Origin: Okamejei kenojei
Taxonomy: Eukaryota
Direction of reading: 5' to 3'
Assembly: GCA_035221665.1 (NCBI GenBank)
Contig: CM069149.1
Coordinates: forward strand, 10,540,001 to 10,604,000
Length of the DNA: 64,000 nt
Part shown: positions 59,001-64,000 of the stretch, one piece after another
Numbering within the stretch: position 1 is the first letter of the stretch
How the letters are laid out: the number at the start of each line of letters is the position of its first letter
Notes under the pieces: generated by a model
The model's input: only the letters and a program-made list of their open reading frames with translations
The model's database searches: none
What the model was told of the DNA's origin: nothing
Program-made: the position numbers and the translations under genes

Positions 59001-62000
59001 CAATGAAAAGTAAAACCACTTCTAAGTCAAGTACACTTATAAATTATTGCAAATGTTAAGGATATCTAGATAACTCTGGTCGAGAATTATTTATTTGGAT
59101 TTGGAAGGATTTCCCATTTACGTAAAAAATATCATAATATTATTATCTCGGATCATGCTCCATTAACATTTAACATAACTGATAAGGCTTGTTACTTGGT
59201 AAAAAACAGATTAAATGAAACAATGACAAACGTGGAATTTCACCATCACTGCTTTGGGATACATTTAAAGCATTTATACGTGGTGCGATAATATCAGCAC
59301 ACGCATACTTTAATAAGGAAAATCGAAAGATTCAACAAAAGTTGGAAAATGAAATAAAACAATTAGATATTGAAAATGCAATATCCCCTTCAAAGGGGCT
59401 AAGTAATAAAATTGCATCATTAAAATATAAGCTAAATAAAATATATTCAAATCAGATTATTAAACTTTTTCAACAGACTAAACAAGTACACTTTGAATTT
59501 GGGGATAAACCACAAAAATTACTGGCACGCCAGCTTAGAAAATTAGGTGAGGAGAAAATGATACATAAAATTAGATCTGAACAAGGAGAAATATTGACTT
59601 TACCAAAAGATATCAATGATACATTTTTACAATATTATCAAAATCTTTACTCATCTAAACTAGCAGGACAATCAGATGGAATGGAAACATTCCTACAAGA
59701 ATGTCATATTAATAGTTTGGATCAGGAAGGTAGAGACTTGTTAAATGCTGATATATCAGTAAAAGATATTGAAGAATCAATTGGATCATTAAATAACGGA
59801 AAAGCCGTAGGCCCTGATGGCTTAAGTGTTGAATTTTATAAGAAGTTTTATGATCTGATCTCTCCACGTTTACATATAATATATAAATATGCTTATGAAC
59901 AAGGAAAGTTACCAGAATCATTAAATGAATCTACAATTACACTTATCCCTAAAGCTGATAAAGATTTGGAAGACCCTGGGTCATACAGAGCAATAGCTCT
60001 TTTAAACACTGATCAAAAAATACTAACTAAAATTTTATCTCGGAGGCTAAGTTTAGTGATTAATAATTTAATACATCATGACCAAATAGGTTTTATCCCA
60101 AAACGTTATTCATCTTATAATCTGAGACGTCTATTCAATATCATATACTCAAAAAGAGTGAATGATATTGAACTAGCTATCATATCCTTAGATGCTGAAA
60201 AAGCATTTGACCAGGTTGAATGGCCATATTTATTTAAAATAATGCAGAAAATTTCAACTGGGGGATAGATTTTCCAAATGGGTAAAAATCATATACTCGA
60301 ATCCAACTGCAAGAATATTAACAAATCAAATGTTATCAGCAAAATTTAATCTCTTTAGGGGTTGTAGACAAGGATGCCTGTTATCACCATTACTATTTGC
60401 TCTGGTAATAGAACCATTAGCCGAAATGATTAGATCAGAACCAGAAATATATGGATATAATACCAAAACTACAACGAATAAAATATCTCTATACGCAGAT
60501 GACATCTTAATTTATATCACAAAACCGGAGATTAGTATTCCCAATCTACTTAATGTTATAACTAAGTTTGGCACATTTTCTGGGTATAGAATTAACTGGA
60601 ATAAAAGTGAAATTATGCCTATAACTGGATAAAATTAAATATATTAGAACAATTCCCACTTAAAATAGTCACGGACAAATTTAAATATCTAGGAATTAAT
60701 GTATCTAAATCCTATAACTGTCTATTTAAATATAATTACCCTCAATTGTTAAATAAACTAAAAATATATATTTTATATTGGAAAACACTACCTATTTCAA
60801 TGATCGGTAGAATAAATGCTATAAAAATGATTTTTTTGCCACAATTGTTATATTTATTTCAAGCCATCCCTTTATATCTCCCTAAAATGTTTTTAAAAAA
60901 AAAAACTACTTTGGTTAATAGTTTTATTTTGGACTATAAAAATCATCGAATAAGTAAAAAACATCTATGAAAATCAAAAATAAATGGTGGACTAGCACTC
61001 CCAAATTTCTTATATTATTTCTGGGCAGTTCAGATTAAGAATATGAATTTTTGGTTGGTAAATTTAGATTATGAGCCAAGCTGGCTAAAGATGGAAAAGG
61101 AAGACTGTTTGCCTTTTGATGTAGGTTCGATTCTTTTTGCACCAAGGGAAGTACAAAAAAAAACGTACGGTGATAACCCTATAATTCATAGCAATCGACG
61201 TATTTGGAAACAAATAGTTAAGACCCTACATATGGATAATTTGTCACTTTGTTTGCCAATTATGAATAATCCTTTGTTTAAGCCCTCTGTATTGGACAAG
61301 GGGTTTAGACACTGGAATGATTTAGGAATTAAAAGGATAGAACACCTTTACAAGAAAGGAACATTTATTTCATTTCAAGAGTTACAGGATATCTATGGAT
61401 TGCAGTCAAATAACATATTTAGGTATTTACAAATTAGAAACTATATTAAGTCAAATACGCAAGGCTATAAAAATAAAAAAACAGGATTATTAGAGGAATT
61501 GTTTAATAAACACCCAAATACAGAATAATTAATAGCGTATATATACAATACTATCTTGGATAGGGAAATCCCAACTTCGGAAATATATCGACACACATGG
61601 AAAAATGAAATGGGTTTATCTATAACGAAGGAAACTTGGGAAGAAAGCCTACAACGTATACATCATTGCTCATTAAATGCTAGACATATATTGATACAAT
61701 TTAAGGTATTACACAGATTACATTATTCAAAAACGAAATTAAATAGAATTTATCCTAACATTTCTCCTATTTGTGATAAATGTCAGAACTTGGAAGCTAA
61801 TTGAACGCATAGTTTTGTAACATGTATAAAACTCAATTATTATTGGACAGAAATCTTTAGAGTTATCTCTGAAGTTAAAATTAAACTGGACCCAGATCCA
61901 AAATTAATAATATTAGGAGTTCCGGATTCAAATTTAATATTAACGGTAAACCAAATATATTTCTTGGATTACCGTTTGATAATAGGGCAAAAAATTAATA

Positions 62001-62572
62001 TTTACATTTTGGAAGGGAACATTATCCCCCACAATTAAAATGTGGACAGTGGAAATGTTGGCGACGTTGCATTTGGAAAGAATCAGATTTGTCCTAATGG
62101 ACAAATACGAACTCTTTGAACAGATATGGTCTCCATATACAGAATATTTGAATCACAACTTGGCATCACAACTCAATGGGTACCCGGCAAGATTAGATGA
62201 AAATAATCCCTTTTTTTAATTTGTATACATGTCTCTATTGATATTGTTATTTGAAATTGTGTTATTCACCATTAAGATGTATACTATAATCTTTTTTTAA
62301 AAATATATATATAATACTTTGTTTTAATTAAATATATATAACATTTTTTTTCTCTCTTTCTTTTCTCTTTCTCTCTCTATATAATCAAAATTATTATTTA
62401 ATCACTATTCTTATTGATTAAAATCTATTCTTCTCTTTTTTCTATTTTCTAAAAAATAGGTTATAAGAATTATTCGTAATATCCATATACTTATTGAAAT
62501 AAGTTGGTTGTGTATTTGAAAAGTTGTTATGATGGATTACTTCTAATAAAAATATTATTAAAAAAGAAACAA
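56044..62572 (+). mobile_element. L1-clade LINE, 5'-truncated in ORF1, defective, with Tc1 insertion
   Basis: ORF1 end (YGLMYPATLRV); ORF2 endonuclease (SWNVKG, QETH, NIYGPN, GGDFN, SDH), RT (LDAEKAFD, RQGCLLSP, YADD), zinc knuckle; A-rich tail; 17-bp TSD AAAACATTGGTCTTCCA at 56027-56043 and 62573-62589. Confidence 0.93.
57342..58941 (-). mobile_element. Tc1-family IR/DR transposon, Passport-like, defective
   Basis: TA TSD; about 215-bp inverted repeats; transposase from 58562 MKPKEHTSQVRDKVVEKFKAGLGY...WSDETK...QQDNDPKH...SPDLNPIE...AKGGSTKY with a stop and frameshifts. Confidence 0.93.
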
Positions 62573-62922
62573 AAAACATTGGTCTTCCAATATTGGGTAG
62601 AGAGAATACCTAATCCGGAACTGGTGAACTCATTGAGAAGTCCTTGACTGCTTTCCATCATGAGGGCTTTGATATTCTGGAGAAGGGTGGCAGGGAAGGA
62701 GGGAGGTTGATGGAACTCATGGTGAGTGTCTACAAAAAGTTGGTTTGGTTGAGTATTGTGGCACTTTGTTGGACCACACTTTAGGACAGATGTGAAGGGT
62801 TTGTAAAGAGTGTAGAAGAGAATTCCTGAAATTATTCCAGGCAACTTTTGTTATGTGGACAGACTGGATAAACTGCAATGATACCCCTTGGAACTGTGAA
62901 ATCGTCAGTAAATCAGATAGAA

Positions 62923-63969
62923 TAGGTATGTTACAATACTTACCTTCAGCGGCGCTGCAGTTCTGCCACTGGCCGTGTGCGCGACTTTGGCGCCTTTGAG
63001 AGGGGGGCGGGTTTAAAATGCGATTTTTCTTCAGACTATTCAAATCGAATTTGAATGGACTGTTTAGTTGCTGAAGAAAAATCGCTTCGATTTTTGCCGT
63101 TTCATTAAGTTTATTAAAATTAACGTGGGATAATATAATAGCAGGAGTAAATTAAAAATCATCTTCTAATGCCGTTCACGCCGACAACAGGATGGATCTC
63201 ACGTAGGGGACAAGGCAAGGTACACAGTTTATTTTTTCATATAAACTTGCTTCTTAGGATGCCTTTAATCAAAATTTCACGTTGCAAAAAGGTGACTTAG
63301 GACCCATACGAACCGGCAGTATTTTTCCTGCCGATATGGGGTTTAAATTCACCGCAACCGCAAAGTTCCAATCGATCGCGTTCCACAAAATCCCACACGC
63401 AAGATGATTTAAATGGCCATTAATTTACGGGAATGAAACACTAAATTCCTTCCATTTGGCCTATATATTCATGACAATGAGATTTAAAAATCATGTTATA
63501 TTGTGAATTCTTGTGTGAATGTTATTTGGACACTTAGGCTTTTTACAAATGTTAACCATTTCTTAAGAAATGGACAGATGTTTAGATGTAGTAATTGAAT
63601 TTTGTAATTAGCTACAATTAGGTAACTAACTAATTATATGCTTTAATTTCAGGTCATCCAAGTAAGATTGTTTCACATTTGTTTCAGAATGCTTCAATCT
63701 ATAATATCTAAAAATGTCATTCCGTTCTCTTAATTTTTAAGAAAGTTATGGGCTTTTGACTGTCCTTGATCACAGCTTTTGTGTTAAGTCAATGGAAAAG
63801 CAATAGGGAACAAGATGCTAATTTCTGAGTATGAAAATGGCCATAACCTTTTTAATACTGAAGATCTGAAAGTGAATTAGGTGTCAAATTAAACTTCTTT
63901 TTATGCTTTATCTGATGGGATAAATTGTAGACTTGATTTTTAAAATCTCAAAATTTTGTAACATTGCTA
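62923..63969. mobile_element. Non-autonomous DNA transposon with TAG termini, hAT-like
   Basis: Imperfect inverted termini TAGGTATGTTACAA / TTGTAACATTGCTA flanked by duplicated GATAGAA; interrupts a CR1 remnant (..IEVFEIMKG). Confidence 0.7.
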
Positions 63970-64000
63970 GATAGAAGTGTTTGAAATCATGAAGGGTAGA

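Overview
Eukaryotic genomic DNA, not prokaryotic. The repeat complement (HER1/CR1 LINEs, HE1-like SINEs, Neptune-type Penelope elements) points to a cartilaginous fish, most likely a skate or ray; this is an inference. The whole window lies inside one + strand gene, otogelin-like (OTOGL). I reconstructed 15 coding exons with GT-AG boundaries and consistent phases, running VWD3 - C8 - AbfB - TIL-like - a 274-codon Thr/Ser/Pro mucin exon - start of VWD4, and including two micro-exons (27 and 24 nt). The introns are packed with transposons: a structurally complete DIRS (tyrosine-recombinase) retroelement carrying a nested Gypsy and a nested CR1, two Tc1 IR/DR elements (one inside an L1), L1, RTE-X, Rex1, Penelope, Harbinger MITEs and two hAT-like MITEs with 6- and 7-bp target-site duplications (TSDs). 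Most notable: (1) a 134-bp retroposed element headed by an HDV-like ribozyme fold (28082-28215); (2) a Gypsy element whose primer-binding site has grown into a 49-nt copy of the whole 3' half of tRNA-Leu(CAA), fused straight to RT with gag/protease missing (20377-20425); (3) minimal hammerhead-ribozyme motifs in the Penelope repeats; (4) a DIRS whose circle junction and TATT crossover core can be read directly. All protein and family assignments come from my recall of the families, not from database searches. Repeat boundaries without a TSD are approximate.
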